A DNA stretch of 64,000 nt from Hamiltosporidium tvaerminnensis FI-OER-3-3 (lineage: Eukaryota > Fungi > Microsporidia): assembly GCA_022605425.2 (NCBI GenBank), contig JAKIMF020000001.1, positions 2,542,001 to 2,606,000 of the forward strand, read 5' to 3'. The notes beneath the pieces were generated by a model. It was not told the DNA's origin. It saw only the letters and a program-made list of their open reading frames with translations, and ran no database searches. Shown piece by piece: positions 1 through 13,029 of this stretch (within the stretch, counting starts at the first letter, position 1; the number at the start of each line of letters is the position of its first letter). A program made the position numbers and the translations under genes.

Positions 1-530
1 GGGATAGATCTAAGTTCGAAAATTTCTCGATAGAATGGATCAATGAATCCAGTCGATGATATTCAAACAGACAGTTAAAACTATTTCTTTAATAAAACAC
101 AGTGTTTAGAGCTATGATCCCATACGATGGTTTGGCAAGAAGATACGTGAGTTAGCATTAAAAGAGCTGACTTGACAGAAAAATATTCACAAATGTTTTA
201 AAATAAAATGTATAAATAATTAAAATAGTAAATAAAATTAATTAAATAATAAAAATACTTTGGAGTCTAACTTGTTTTAAATATTATTGTCATTCTAAGT
301 CATTTAAACCTTCTTATATCTCTTAATAGAGAGTTTTAATATTCTTTTTACTATCCATCCCGGTTAAACACATTTTTCTTGATTTTATCTTATATTCAGA
401 CTTAAAGGTGATTGGTATTTATACTCCGTACTTGATTCTTTGTTACTTCGCAAATTAGATCCACTTGGTTGTAAGAATCTAGCCTAAGCTCTGAAATATT
501 TATTTGAAATAGATGTTATATATAAAAGAA

Positions 531-1371
531 AGCAACTCAATGTGAAAAAAGGCTAGGCCATGACTACACCAGACGGCATAATGAAGTGGTTAGATGCCTA
601 CACTTACTTCTACTAAATAGATATAAGTTTAAGTCCTCAAAACGAATTAGGAGTCACTCAGTTCAAGAAATTCTTGATAATGAGTATGCAGAGATAAGAG
701 TAGACACCAGAATAAAAACTGATGTTAAAATTCGGAATAACAGACCCAACATATTTATTTTAGATAAAAAGAAGAATAAGATAACACTCATTGAAGCAGG
801 AATCACTTCCCAAGATTCACTTCAAATAGTTAAAACGGAAAAACTTAGGAAGTATGACCTGCTAGCCAATGAGTTGGGTCTTATTTATAGTGTAGTTTTG
901 AGATAATCCCTTATGTGATGACCTGGGACGGTATTGTGACAAAATACCATAAATCTCATCTTAAAAGACTAGAAATACCCATAAATGTAGAAGCATGCAT
1001 TCAGTCTATAGTACTTAAGAAGACAGTCGAAACAATTTCCTTTGATCGACGAAGAGGACTTGAGTCAGGACTCAATGCCGAAGAGAGCTGGGAGAGAGCG
1101 TCAATGGGTGTTATTATGAGATCAGAGATGCATGAGGAGCCAACACTCTCTTTAAAAGAAGAGAAGAGAGAGGAAGATGGTGTAAAAAATTTTAAACCGA
1201 AAAATAAAGCACCCCTTATTTCACAAGGAGGAACCACTTTAGAGGAACCGACTAATAACATAAATAAAGAGTCGGATTTGAAAGAAGAGACAGAAGTGGT
1301 TAAAGAGGTAGAAGAAAACATGTAAAAAAAAATGGTAAAAATATTTTAACCCAGAATTTTATTAAATAAAA
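531..1371 (+). mobile_element. 5'-truncated non-LTR retrotransposon, restriction-like endonuclease (R4/Dong-like) type, with 13-bp TSD
   Basis: Frameshifted ORFs 586-906 and 915-1325 carry the end of the CCHC knuckle (HDYTRRHNEVV) and a PD-(D/E)xK motif (NRPNIFILD..ITLIEAG; RPD in the 44089 copy). Ends in AAATAAAA. Flanked by ATATATAAAAGAA at 518-530 and 1372-1384. Confidence 0.9.
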
Positions 1372-1629
1372 ATATATAAAAGAATACGGTATAATTTAAA
1401 GATAGCATTGTCTAAAGCATAGAAAAAAGTAAAATAGTAAGAATTTTAAAAACAAATTATTAAATTTAAAATAATCGCTATCTTTTCAAAAATATTTTTC
1501 CAATTAAAATTAAGTTTATTACAAATAATTGATCCATCAACATATTTTTATTTTTAATTATCCAATTGAAATTATTTAAACGCAAAAAGGAGATTTGAAA
1601 ATCTAAAATATTGTTTTTAGTTAAAGTTC

Positions 1630-2085
1630 ATGAAAAAACTCGAAAGATACGTATGGAGTGTTACAGTTTTCATTGTACTTGGTATATCTTTATATATAAT
1701 TATTAAACAATTGACACCTAGAATAGGTGAACCAGATAATTTAACTATGGGGATGGCACTTACAGAAGTCTACAACAATTCACGGAAAGTTAAAAGTATT
1801 GGATTCGAGTTTTGTAAAATGTTAGAAGATGAAAAAGACAAAACATATTTAACAGAAATGTTCAACAAAATGAATTCTATGATGGGATTGCAAGCACAAG
1901 GATCTTCGAAAATAGAAAAATCCAATGTAGCAAATCTTAGAACTCACATTTACAAAATAATCGTATATCTTAAAGAGATAGAATCAAAACAATCTAAAGA
2001 AGGAAAAGTAAAATTAAATGATTTAAAATGTGCTATCTCCCAAGAAATTGCAAGTATTGAAAAATTGGATAGATTTACTGATTAA
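1630..2085 (+). CDS. hypothetical protein with N-terminal transmembrane anchor
   Basis: 151-aa ATG ORF; hydrophobic segment VWSVTVFIVLGISLYIII. Confidence 0.7.
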   Translation: MKKLERYVWSVTVFIVLGISLYIIIKQLTPRIGEPDNLTMGMALTEVYNNSRKVKSIGFEFCKMLEDEKDKTYLTEMFNKMNSMMGLQAQGSSKIEKSNVANLRTHIYKIIVYLKEIESKQSKEGKVKLNDLKCAISQEIASIEKLDRFTD

Positions 2086-2289
2086 TCTTCTGTAAATAAG
2101 TTTAATTGTACTTTATTTCTAAAAATAGCAAAATTAGATATTTTAAAAACTATTTATATCTTTATTGTCAATAAAATTTAAATGTTTTTTTGTAATTTTT
2201 TTATTTCGTTTCAGTGGTAGCTGAATTTTCCAGTTAAAATATATTTTTATAATATAACATTAAATATCGGAATGAATAAATGACTTATA

Positions 2290-2337
2290 TGACGCCTGAA
2301 CCTCTTCAAGGTTTGTAGCAGTACAAAGTAAGTAAGT
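2290..2337 (+). mobile_element. RTE-type 3' terminal tail fragment
   Basis: CTCTTCAAGGTTTGTAGCAGTACAAAGTAAGTAAGT resembles the 22100-22153 tail; ends in (TAAG)n. Confidence 0.45.
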
Positions 2338-2556
2338 ATTTGATATCGAAAATATTTACTTATTTAGTAAATCAAACAAATATAAATTATTATCTTAAAT
2401 ATTTTGATTGATTGTAGAAGAACTTAAAACGCAATTTAATTATAAAAAATTTTGCAAATTAAACGTAAATAAATCGCAGAAAATAAATTGTGGTTTGAAT
2501 ATAAATGAATCAAAATAAAAATATTGCTTCTCTAGATGGAACCTTATATCTTCATT

Positions 2557-3384
2557 TTATTCTGTAAAATTCTTAATCATAGTTTTATCTTTCATATTCT
2601 CTACAATTTTTAAATATTCATCATAACTTATGTCAAAAATAAAATGATCGAGTGAGTTTAAAGATGTTGAGATTTCAGATTCAATATAAAGATCATTTTT
2701 ATAGTTTTTAAGACCAACTGCTCCAAGTTTTATAGCAAAAGACATATAAAATATATTTTCTACGGTTTTTGAAAACGAATTTGGGTCAATAATTAATTCA
2801 AAAAATGAAATTTTTTTATGTTTTTTTAAAATTTGCTTTACATTTTTAATATATCGAAGAGTTCCTTCATCTTCGTCGACTAATGTTGATATTGCAGGCT
2901 TAAGTGGTACAGAATTATCAAAATAATTTTGTGTGGCTCGTGTTCTTAATTTATTTTGTGCGGTCTCTGAAGAAAGAACAGGATAATTATAAAAAGTGAT
3001 ACCAAGATAATTTTTATGTGTTTTTTTAAGGAAATTTAGAAATTCATTATTTTCTGATTCTAAATGCTCGGAATATAATTTTATGAACCCAGAAGTGGTT
3101 ATGTTATTAGATCTATAATCCTTTTCAAGTGTAGCAGAAGATATTTTGGTTGATACGTTCATTACACGAGCATCAAGTTTCATTTCTTGTGGCATTTTCA
3201 CTCGTTTAAATAGTTTTTCAGATTTTTCTAAAAATGAATCCAAATTTTTATATTCATTTTCGATTATTTCATCTTTTTTGGTTGTCATTTCAAATAGAAT
3301 GTCGCAATATTTCTCTTGAATATCATCATAAGCAATTTGCTCGGACATATTTGGATCCGAATTAATTGAATTTTCATTTTCCAT
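2557..3384 (-). CDS. NSE4: Smc5/6 complex kleisin subunit Nse4
   Basis: Nse4_C motif FFELIIDPNSFSKTVENIFYMSFAIKLG. ATG at 3384 (MENENS) follows a CCC motif and is preferred to the ORF-caller start at 3477. Confidence 0.85.
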   Translation of the reverse strand: MENENSINSDPNMSEQIAYDDIQEKYCDILFEMTTKKDEIIENEYKNLDSFLEKSEKLFKRVKMPQEMKLDARVMNVSTKISSATLEKDYRSNNITTSGFIKLYSEHLESENNEFLNFLKKTHKNYLGITFYNYPVLSSETAQNKLRTRATQNYFDNSVPLKPAISTLVDEDEGTLRYIKNVKQILKKHKKISFFELIIDPNSFSKTVENIFYMSFAIKLGAVGLKNYKNDLYIESEISTSLNSLDHFIFDISYDEYLKIVENMKDKTMIKNFTE

Positions 3385-3723
3385 TTGAAAAGGGCTCCAA
3401 ATACACAAAATGCAGTTTAATAAAATGTTAGTCAATAAAAAAGCAATTTTTTTTATTTTTCTTTCACTTCTTCTCACTTTCTATATTAAAAAATTAGAAA
3501 AATTATTTTTTTTAAATATTACGATGAAGCGATTGAAATTTGAGATAAACCGAAGAAAAAAAACAAAATATCGCTCAACCCAGCGATTTAAATAAATTTT
3601 AAAGAATAGGTTTTAAAAATAAAATAAAATAAAAATTTCTTCTTTTACTAGAACTTCGATATAAATAAAAAAATAGAAGCGATAAAAAAATCTAACAAAT
3701 AAATTTATAAAAACAATAAAATA

Positions 3724-4302
3724 TTAAATTGGATTACTAAAATCGAATATACGATTGTAAAGATTATTTTTAGTTTCCATTCCTTGAACAAAAAGTTGTT
3801 CCGTACAAATATCTTGAGACTCTTCGATAAACACACCTGTGGTAACATAAATTTCTAAATATATTCTTACACATCTATAAAGTCTTATCTGATGACTTAT
3901 ACATTTAAATTTACAATTTATACAATTTTTTATAAAAATACTGCCTTTTACTCTAAAAAATGTAAATTCAACGTTTTCACAATTTTCAATGCAAACTTCT
4001 TCACAATTATTTATCTGATATTCCAAATCTTTAAGTGAGGAAATATAAATTTTATTGTTTAATTTATTTTGGAAATTATTTTCTATTTTAAAAAACTCTC
4101 TTTTATTTTTTTCCAAACAAATTTCTATTTCTTTGCTTAAAGATTTATATGAGGTTTTGAATTTTAATATTTTTTCTTTTAATATCTTTCTGCTGTATTC
4201 TACCTTTTCATTTAATAGTTTGGTTTCCAATTTTTGTATTAATAATTTACAATTTTCAGAATCACCGGAATTTAAATATTCGTTGAATTTATTTTCTTCC
4301 AT
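3724..4302 (-). CDS. TBCC: tubulin-binding cofactor C domain protein
   Basis: C-CAP/TBCC beta-helix motifs GSIFIKNCINC..SHQIRLYRC..and C-terminal IFDF; CCC upstream of ATG. Confidence 0.8.
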   Translation of the reverse strand: MEENKFNEYLNSGDSENCKLLIQKLETKLLNEKVEYSRKILKEKILKFKTSYKSLSKEIEICLEKNKREFFKIENNFQNKLNNKIYISSLKDLEYQINNCEEVCIENCENVEFTFFRVKGSIFIKNCINCKFKCISHQIRLYRCVRIYLEIYVTTGVFIEESQDICTEQLFVQGMETKNNLYNRIFDFSNPI

Positions 4303-4333
4303 TTAAAAATTCTGGGACAAAATATTTTTATTT

Positions 4334-4651
4334 TCAAATACGTGTAAATTGTTTATATATTAATTCATATTTCGAGTCGCTTTTTATTCCGAAAATAAAT
4401 TCTTTGAATAAAATCATATTTCTGTCTTCTTTAATATCGTTATTTATGTCTATCTTCTTGGTAATTTTAATATTTGACATAATGTCTGAAATCAAGTATT
4501 TAGATTTTTTGAATTTACTAAATAAGGTCGGCTTCTTCGCTGGTTTATTGTGGAAATAAAATTTGTTTATAATTTCACGGCTTTTATATGATTTTCTTTT
4601 AGATGCTCTTCTTTTTCTTTGGCGTTTAATATTTTCTCTAACAGTTTTCAT
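4334..4651 (-). CDS. small basic hypothetical protein
   Basis: Lys/Arg-rich ORF from ATG 4651; start uncertain. Confidence 0.4.
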   Translation of the reverse strand: MKTVRENIKRQRKRRASKRKSYKSREIINKFYFHNKPAKKPTLFSKFKKSKYLISDIMSNIKITKKIDINNDIKEDRNMILFKEFIFGIKSDSKYELIYKQFTRI

Positions 4652-4741
4652 AGATAAAAACACTTATTTTTTTTCTTTATTTTAGTATTATCGATGTAGT
4701 TTAAATAATCGTTTTGATTTTTATTTGTTGCTAAATTCATC

Positions 4742-5477
4742 GAGGAAGGATAACTACAATAAACACCATCTGCTTAGAAATGTGTGGTATAATTTAGTGT
4801 GAAAATCCTGAATTGATTTTTGGTGGGATGAAAACAACACTCAATTTTCGGTTGTTCCAGTAGTATTTCTTTAAGTTAGAGAAGGTTTGTAAATTTGTGA
4901 AAAATTTTCTAGAAAATTATTTAGTAGTTTTTTGTGTAACTAGATTGTAAACCACAATTAAAATTTATGTAATTCTCGTGGAAACATTGAAACCTATCCT
5001 TGTTCACTTAGATTAGCAGAATTAAGTCAGGGAAATGCAAAAACAAACTCTTGGAAAATATAGGATGGCTAAATACTAGGTCATAACAGTAGGTATGACC
5101 TTTTAACGTTCGAATCAGACTCTTTCGGGTCTCTGATACGAATATTTGCAAAATTATAGTCATTCGGTAAGTGTAAGTAAGGGGTTATGATGACTTTCTT
5201 GGGTGAATTCAAAGCAGGTTTCAGCATGCGATTACACACTAAGCAACAAACATTAACGAAATCCAAGGTACAAATATTAGCGATCTTTGAGCCGCACTGA
5301 GCCCAGAAAACGTTTCTTACACCTATCTATGAAAATCTTTGCAATACAGGTATCATAAGAGATACTGATAGAGTGATAGGGGAGGGTCAGTTATCTATTT
5401 AAAACGTAAAACTGCGCTAATGATATGAAAGCACGTGCCACTTTTGTACTAAAATGAGATTATATGAAATAAAAAAA
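4742..5477 (+). mobile_element. divergent copy of the ~725-nt structured non-coding retroposon (long form)
   Basis: Colinear similarity to 27788-28515 along its length (GAGGAAGGATAACTAC, TTTTTGGTGGGATGAAAAC, GAAACCTATCCTTG, ACATTAACGAA, AAAACTGCGCTAATG, TGCCACT). Confidence 0.8.
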
Positions 5478-6169
5478 TCCCATATTTAACTCAAATATCT
5501 TAAAAAAATATTGGCCAATGACTTAAGGTTATTTATTGCTTAAAGTAAAAATAATTTCTTATATGATATGTTCGGGCTGATGTTTTTACAAAATAACCTA
5601 AAGATTAAATCAATAAACCTTAAACGGCCATCTACATATAATTTTTATATATTCGATTCAATTAATTCAATAGATGGTGGAAATTTTTTCTTTGATCTCC
5701 CAATACGATTGGTCAATATGAAATGTCGAAGAGTGCTACGAATGATTATTGCAGATATATTAAGGAACATTGAGCTTATGAAAGTTTTCTTATATTAAAA
5801 ATATATACGAAAAATAAAGAAATTGTACAAATTTAAAGACTGAGAATATTCATCACCAAGTGATCAGTGATATTATTTCGGGCGAAAATTTGCTAAATTA
5901 TTGAAACTTTGCAACAATTAGAAGAAAAGATTCATCGTTAAACGATATAAACTCAAACAATACAAAATAATAAACCCACAATTAGTATAAATTTAAAATT
6001 CACACAAACCTAATATAAACAATTTATTTAATAGCTATTTCAAATTTAAATTTTTCGAAAGACTTAAATAAAAATTTTGTAAATGTTTAATGCGGCTTTA
6101 TAAAAAATGTATAACAAATACAAATATTTGAGATAAGTTTTAAAAACGTTTAATATTACCTAAAAAATA

Positions 6170-7483
6170 TCATAAATAATTTTGATTTTGATAGAAAATC
6201 AATCTATCAAGCAAGCAATTTATAGTGATTATTTCTTTACGATAAACGAATTTGTAATTATTGTAAGCTTGCAATTTATATGTGGGACTTCGAATTTTAT
6301 GAATTTTAAAAGATTTTTTACATTCATCTTCTACAAATTCTATAAGATATAGATCCATTGGGCATAAAACTTCCATGTAAAATAAAGGATGAGCGATTCT
6401 GTCCTGATAATCAAAATCATTATACCACCTATAGTTGAATTCAAATTTTTTGGCATTTCGTCTGAATAAGATATAAAATTTATAATCAGAATGCTTTGTA
6501 TCTTTCGTAGTATAAAAGTAATAAAATTTAAGAACTTGATATGAGTTTTCAAATAAAAATGCTCTTTCTGAACGCAAATCATTCATTCTGTCATTTTCAA
6601 AATTTTGTGTATCATCAAAAACCAATCGATAATTGTTAATAATAGTTTGGTGGATTGTATTTATTAAATTAGAACCTTCGTGTAGCTCAGATTTACTAAT
6701 ATCAATTATAAAATTAATGTATACACCATAAAAAACTCTTGAAAAATATTCATGAAATAATCTATTAAATCTATTAATTAAATTTTCTTTATCGATTTTT
6801 GCATTTGAAATTGCATTTTGAGAGAAGATTTTTATACAAATTGCTTCATATTGATCAGGAAATAAATATAAAGGGATATTTTGATATTCTTGTGATATTT
6901 CTTTCGAAACATCATTCATTATGTCATTTATGGAAATATAAGAATATCTAGTAAAATTTATATTCAAATATTTCATTTGCTTTTTTACCGCCGTGTATAT
7001 CCGAAAAAAACATTTTAAAAGGTATTTAAGAAATTCTTTTCGGACTATTATATGATTTTTTCTTAATATATCTAAATTCAACGCATTTATCTCACTATAA
7101 AATAAAATAGACCACCATTCGTTTTTGATTCTGTTTAACTGAAAAGTTCTAAATATATTTTCATATAATTGTCTATCTAAAGTTTCATAAGGATTATAAA
7201 TTCTAAATTCATACTTTGTGGAAATGCCACATTGTAAATAATTTGATATAGACTCAATAGCAAACTTAGTCGTCTCTTGAGAAAAAATTAAATGAGCGAA
7301 ATCGATTGCGGAAGGTAATGAAACGAATTCTTTGGTTTCTCTTTTATATATTTTATGACATTTCTTAGCAAAGAATTTTCGATATTTTGCTATGTACATT
7401 TTTTCTTCTGAATATTCAGCAAGAAAATACAATATTAAAGGAAAAGATAGGAATATTCTTGAAATAAATTCATGGCCACCCAT
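6170..7483 (-). CDS. hypothetical protein, N-terminal hydrophobic/signal segment
   Basis: 437-aa ATG ORF; no recognisable domain. Confidence 0.7.
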   Translation of the reverse strand: MGGHEFISRIFLSFPLILYFLAEYSEEKMYIAKYRKFFAKKCHKIYKRETKEFVSLPSAIDFAHLIFSQETTKFAIESISNYLQCGISTKYEFRIYNPYETLDRQLYENIFRTFQLNRIKNEWWSILFYSEINALNLDILRKNHIIVRKEFLKYLLKCFFRIYTAVKKQMKYLNINFTRYSYISINDIMNDVSKEISQEYQNIPLYLFPDQYEAICIKIFSQNAISNAKIDKENLINRFNRLFHEYFSRVFYGVYINFIIDISKSELHEGSNLINTIHQTIINNYRLVFDDTQNFENDRMNDLRSERAFLFENSYQVLKFYYFYTTKDTKHSDYKFYILFRRNAKKFEFNYRWYNDFDYQDRIAHPLFYMEVLCPMDLYLIEFVEDECKKSFKIHKIRSPTYKLQAYNNYKFVYRKEIITINCLLDRLIFYQNQNYL

Positions 7484-7745
7484 CTCAATTTAATAGAAAC
7501 TTAGATTGCTTTTATAGTTATTTCAAAAAATTTTTATCTATCTTGATGAAAAGAAATTTAAATCAAAAAAATATTTTTCTTATCGATTAAATATTTTGTG
7601 ATAATGTTTTTTAGAAACAATATATTAAATTTTAGATTTTTAGCAATTGAATAGAGCATTTAAAACGTACTATATATTTTCAACATGAAGCCATGTATTT
7701 GTAAATGCAATTTGTCATCAACTCATGCAATAACTTTTTTTAATT

Positions 7746-8400
7746 TTACTAATCAATGACATACGACCTATTAAGAGCCCAAGCCTCATTTACTATCAAC
7801 CTGCAATGATCACAATCTATTGCGTTCTTTTTATATTTATCTATACGAAGATCTATGTGGTTTTTTTTAACATCATATTGCCCTCTGGTTTTTGGGTTAC
7901 CTGGAAGGCTTTTACTCCGGCTTTACAAATGTAAGTTCTTTTAATACCCTGCTTTCTGACATTAGTTCAAGATCACCCAGCCATCAGAACCTAGTTCCTT
8001 TAATTTCTTTTACAAATCCTGTATTTCAATATAAATTTTTCTGCTCGTTGTTGTTGCGAATTCGCCACTGTACTTGCTGGTTTCTAATTGATTCGTGTAT
8101 TTTCAGTAAGATATTTTGTTCACATACACTCAGAATTAGTTTCATTACATTTTATAAATATCCATCCTGCACTGTCATATACTACCGTGTGTCTAAGAAT
8201 AGTCTCATATACTATTTTGTTGTTTCTTCAGCTTAAAAGTCGAGATTCTAAGATTTCTTGTAGGCCAAAACATTCTTTTTAATCTCCCTTGCATTTTGTT
8301 GTAAAATGTTCTTTGTCTCTAAATTTTATGATTTAAATTTGGTTATCGTTTGCAGATAACGTTTTATAACTTACTGTTGCTTTTCTAAAAAAAATTTCAG
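7746..8400 (-). mobile_element. degenerate RTE-clade LINE 3' fragment
   Basis: Minus-strand translation with stops and frameshifts gives RTE ORF C-terminal motifs (YETILRHTVVY, WRIRNNNE, EIKGTRF*WLG). Ends GAGGCTTGGGCTCTTAATAGGTCGTATGTCATTGATTAGTAA. Confidence 0.8.
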
Positions 8401-10996
8401 TAAATTTTGCTCGATAAAAAACCAAAGGTCGTGCTCTTTAGATAGGCCATATTGAATAAATTTCAGAATGCAGAGTGAAAAAAAAGTTTATACAAGAAAG
8501 ATCCGATTAACCTTCATATTTGCTAAAACTAGACTATTAGATAATATACAAAAAGAATATCAGGTGCCATAGTATAGTAAAACGGGAAAACTAACTCTTG
8601 ATTTGGAAAAATTGAAGTAGATAGCCTATAGAGCTCGGCCTCTTTATCAGTGAACAAGCTATTTGGGAAATAAATAATATTCATTTTTCATATAATTTTT
8701 GATATTCCACATGTAATTGCCTAATTTTAGTTTACATTAAGTTTAAAAATGATCGAAATTTCTTAAAAATATGGTTATAAATTTAAAATAAGACGAAAAA
8801 TCAATCCTTAAATCATTTTAATGAGTAATATAATACACTTGCATCAATTTCGTTGCCTCAACCTCCTCTATAATTTCGTACTCGATTTCTGATTTATTTA
8901 TTCTATTTATAATTCTGAATTATAACTTCATATAGATTATAATATCAGAAATAAAGTTTTAAACTTCTATTTTCTGGTATCCATCATGTTTCTCTTACGC
9001 AGTTTAGAAATATTATTATCAATTACAATTTGTTCTCCCATCATCTAATAGTATTTTAAAGTGCGTACAAAATCTATGTCTGTTTAAACATCTTAATAAA
9101 ATATTTATTTTAGTTCATCATACAATATAAAAGATTCATACAATTCTTATAGAAGTATTTTAAGCTTTTTATTTCATTTATGTTATGTTGTAAAGAAACA
9201 ATATTTTAAACATTAAGGTAACAAGATTTGGAAATAATATATTTAAAAAAAAACCATTTTGATTTTAATCAGATATTTTTATAGTTTATCAGTTTCATAA
9301 TTTTTAGTATTTTATCAGTTTCAATCTAGTTTTAGTAAATTAATTTAGTTATGTTTGTCATTAAGTTTCTTTTAAAGAAACGAATATTTCATTTATGAAA
9401 TACAACTCATTACAAGTTTTAAGGTTATAAATTACAAGTATAAACCAATAAACACAAAAAAAAACCTACAAAGAATATTTCTGATATATTTAGAAGAATA
9501 AATTATTCCTGTGATTGCTATGTAAAAGGTTGAAATGTGTCAGAAAGATATTAAATAATTAATTACTGATTCGTATATTTCAAAAAGCTTAAGATAAGTA
9601 TAATAGCCTTTAACAAAGACGTTGATATATTTGTCTACCTTTATTTGATAAAAGAAAATGTAAATGACTAAAATAAATCGAGAATCTATCTTTAAAAGAA
9701 TTCTATTATCTACAAGGTTACGCGAAAAATAAATACTAAGGAAAATAGAAAGGTTCAAATAAAGAACATATTATTTCTTTGATTAATTAATTTGAACAAG
9801 ATTCAACGCACATAAAGAAATTTGTTCTATTCTTAAAATTTTATCTTATATTTTAGGTTATAAAAATAAAAATTGCGGTTCTTATAAAAATAATCTTTGT
9901 ATTTCAGAAAACATCAGAATATTTTTATGATTGAACCAGAAAAAATGCATCAAAATTATCAAGATATAATTTATAAAGGTTATATTTTTAGTTAGAATAT
10001 GAGAATATATTTGTCTCAAAATTTATAAAAAATGGTAAAAGCTTTTAAACCTTTTTTTTGAAAAATATCAAATCTTTTAGAAAAATACTTATAAATTTAA
10101 ATAAAATATCTTCTGATATAATAAGAATTTAAATTTCGAATATTTAATATTACAACTCGCAACTTCACACCAAAAAGAAAAAAAAGAGATAATCTAACGA
10201 ACACTGCCATATTAAAACTTTTAGTTATCAATGATATGGAAGAAAACAACCATCATTTATAAACAAAAAAGAAGATCTTCAAACAATAGATATATTATAG
10301 AGGTATTAGGTATAAAAATATGAAACAGGCGAATATATACCTAGAAATTTATTGGAAATCGGTAATAACCTCGATCATAATTTACCTTGCCGTGCTTTAT
10401 CAGTTGAATAACTCGAGACTATCATCAATCTTTCTTTTTTTTCTATTTTAGTCTAAACTTGTAAGAATTGGTTTTTTTAAATTTCTTTTTTAGTTCGTAA
10501 CAATCTGGTTTATAAGATAGAGTATTTAAAAAATGTCGAACTACTATATTTTATCATAAATTTAAACCGAGCGATGGTAGATAGTCTACTGCCCCGATAG
10601 AATTAGATTAATTTAATTCAAAGATAAATTAAATCCCATCTTTCGATAAATTTAAACGTTTAATTGAGTCAATTTTTGTTTTTTATATGACACAAGATAT
10701 TTAATAGCCTAATTAAAACAAATGTATTAAATTGTTTCAAAATATTCTAAAAAAAGTAATTTGACTAGAACTTAATTTTATTTCTAAAAAATATATAAAT
10801 GTTCAAAAAAACATTTGAAGTTCAAATAATTATCGTAAGAAATATTTTATTAATTAAATGGTTATTTTTTAAAAAAAGTTTAGGTAAAAATCCAAAAAAT
10901 CACAATAAAAATGTGAAAATGCAGTACTTAAATTATAAATCATAAAAAAAGAATAAATTTTTATAAAAAAACTCTTTTCTATACAATGAATGCTTT

Positions 10997-11052
10997 TAAC
11001 TCAATGGCTTTACGGCTCATTAAGATCCCTAGCCTTATTTACTAAAGAGCTC
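10997..11052 (-). mobile_element. RTE 3' terminal tail fragment
   Basis: Reverse complement AGTAAATAAGGCTAGGGATCTTAATGAGCCGTAAAGCCATTGAG matches the end of the RTE fragment at 7746-7800. Confidence 0.6.
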
Positions 11053-11297
11053 CACATTTTATAAAATTCAAAAATACCAGTATTTAATAAAATATTTAGT
11101 AACTGATAGTCACGCCATTTTTAAAACATTTAACTTTATATTTTTTTTCTTTGTTTTTAAAACAAAAACCTAAATATTTATTTAAAAATTTCTAAAAAAA
11201 CGTATGTTTGTTCCGTTTTTAATATCCAAAAAGATATTTGTAACCAATTTTTTTTAAAAAAGATATAAATTATTTTTTTAGGACAATAACCCTGATA

Positions 11298-12221
11298 ATG
11301 GATAACTTTAGGGAGGTAAAACAGATTGGTGAAGGTACGTATGGAAAGGTATTTAAAGGATTTTACAAGGATAATAAATTACCGATGGCAATAAAAATAA
11401 TATCAATAGAACAAGACAGTGGTATTCATTTTACTGCGTATAGAGAAATAAAAATATTAAAATCTGTAAATTCTAATCATATTGTAAAATTGGAAGATGT
11501 TTTTATTGAAGAGTTTTATCTTTTTATTGTGATGGAATTCTTGGAATTTGATTTGAGTGGTCTGTTGCATGCAGGGTATAGATTTAGTGATGAACAGATT
11601 TTATCACTTTCATATCAGTTATTAAGTGGTACAAAAGCACTTCACGATTTGAATTTGATACATCGAGATATAAAAGCAAGCAATATTCTAATGAATAAAG
11701 ATGGTTTATTAAAATTGGTAGATTTTGGTTTAACAAGAAGTAATGATATAATAATGACCAATAGAATATGTACGTTGTGGTATCGAGCACCAGAATTACT
11801 ACTTGGAGTTACTTCATATGATAATAAAATAGATTCTTGGTCTGTGGCATGTGTAATTGTAGAAATGAAAACAGGGATTACATTATTTAAAGGATACGAA
11901 GAAGTTTCACAATTAAAATTAATATTTGACATGTTTGGTGTTCCAAAAGAAAAATTTCCATGGTTGGAAATGTTTGATACAAAAAAATTTAAAAAAAATA
12001 AACCGTGGTACGAAATAATAGACACGGCATTTTCAAAAATGTTTAATTCTGATATGCTTGAACTTTTAGAGGAAATGTTTAAAATGAGTCCTCGTGAAAG
12101 AATATCCGTAAAAAATTCTTTAAAATTACGAGTTTTTCATGATTTCGATTCATCGATAAGAATTCCTATCAATTTCAAAGAAATACACGATTATGATTGT
12201 AAAGAAAGAAAAAAAGCATAA
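11298..12221 (+). CDS. cyclin-dependent kinase, CTK1/BUR1/CDK9-like (RNA Pol II CTD kinase family)
   Basis: GEGTYG, PITAIRE-like HFTAYREIKIL, HRDIK, DFGL, MTNRICTLWYRAPELLLG. Confidence 0.9.
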   Translation: MDNFREVKQIGEGTYGKVFKGFYKDNKLPMAIKIISIEQDSGIHFTAYREIKILKSVNSNHIVKLEDVFIEEFYLFIVMEFLEFDLSGLLHAGYRFSDEQILSLSYQLLSGTKALHDLNLIHRDIKASNILMNKDGLLKLVDFGLTRSNDIIMTNRICTLWYRAPELLLGVTSYDNKIDSWSVACVIVEMKTGITLFKGYEEVSQLKLIFDMFGVPKEKFPWLEMFDTKKFKKNKPWYEIIDTAFSKMFNSDMLELLEEMFKMSPRERISVKNSLKLRVFHDFDSSIRIPINFKEIHDYDCKERKKA

Positions 12222-13029
12222 TTTTTTTTATAAGAAATCCCCAAAATAGATTTATATATTAAATACTCTTAAAGTATTGAAAAGACATTGTTTATGGTTT
12301 TTTTGTCTTAAATCCTTAAATTTTCACAAAATTTCCAATAATTGAATCATTTCTAAAAACAGAAATTTTATTTTTGTAACAGAATTTTAATGTGTAATTT
12401 TATCGATTGAACACTTAATACTTTTAATTTTCGAATATGATAAGATAACTAAATTTTTTTCATAATTTAGTATGATTTTACATTTCACATTTTGTTAAGA
12501 TTCCGTTAAAAACATAATATTTGGAAATAGATTAAACCTTCATTTTTTTTCTATAAAAAATGTTCAATTTAAGCGTTTTATAACGAATAATTTTAATAAA
12601 TAGGCTCACGTTATATTCATTTTCTAATATCTTGCATTTTATAATCTGATTTTTTTTTCAATGATTTAGAGTTTTATTTTCATATAACATTAAATCTTTA
12701 TCCCTGCTTTAGCATCAATAACTAAATTCATACAAATATTTCTTAAAATTTTCTCGCATACATATTAAATCCAAAAGCGGAATGATTTATTTTAGCTTGG
12801 ATTACTTTTTGAGAATCTATTTTTTATTTATTTATACTTTAAAAATGTATGTTTAAACTGATCAGACCTTAATTTAGTGTCTTTTTGAATACAAACATAT
12901 TTAAAATTTGTAACAATAGACCCGATATATTTATTTTAGATAAGAAATTAAATCTGATAATGAGTATTGAATAGAATTCTATAAATTCATTTTATAGTAA
13001 CTAAATATGAATATTCTATGTATGAAAAG

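Noticed and set aside
7892-8282. Plus-strand ORFs of 114 and 64 aa
   Set aside because: Antisense shadows of the decayed RTE fragment
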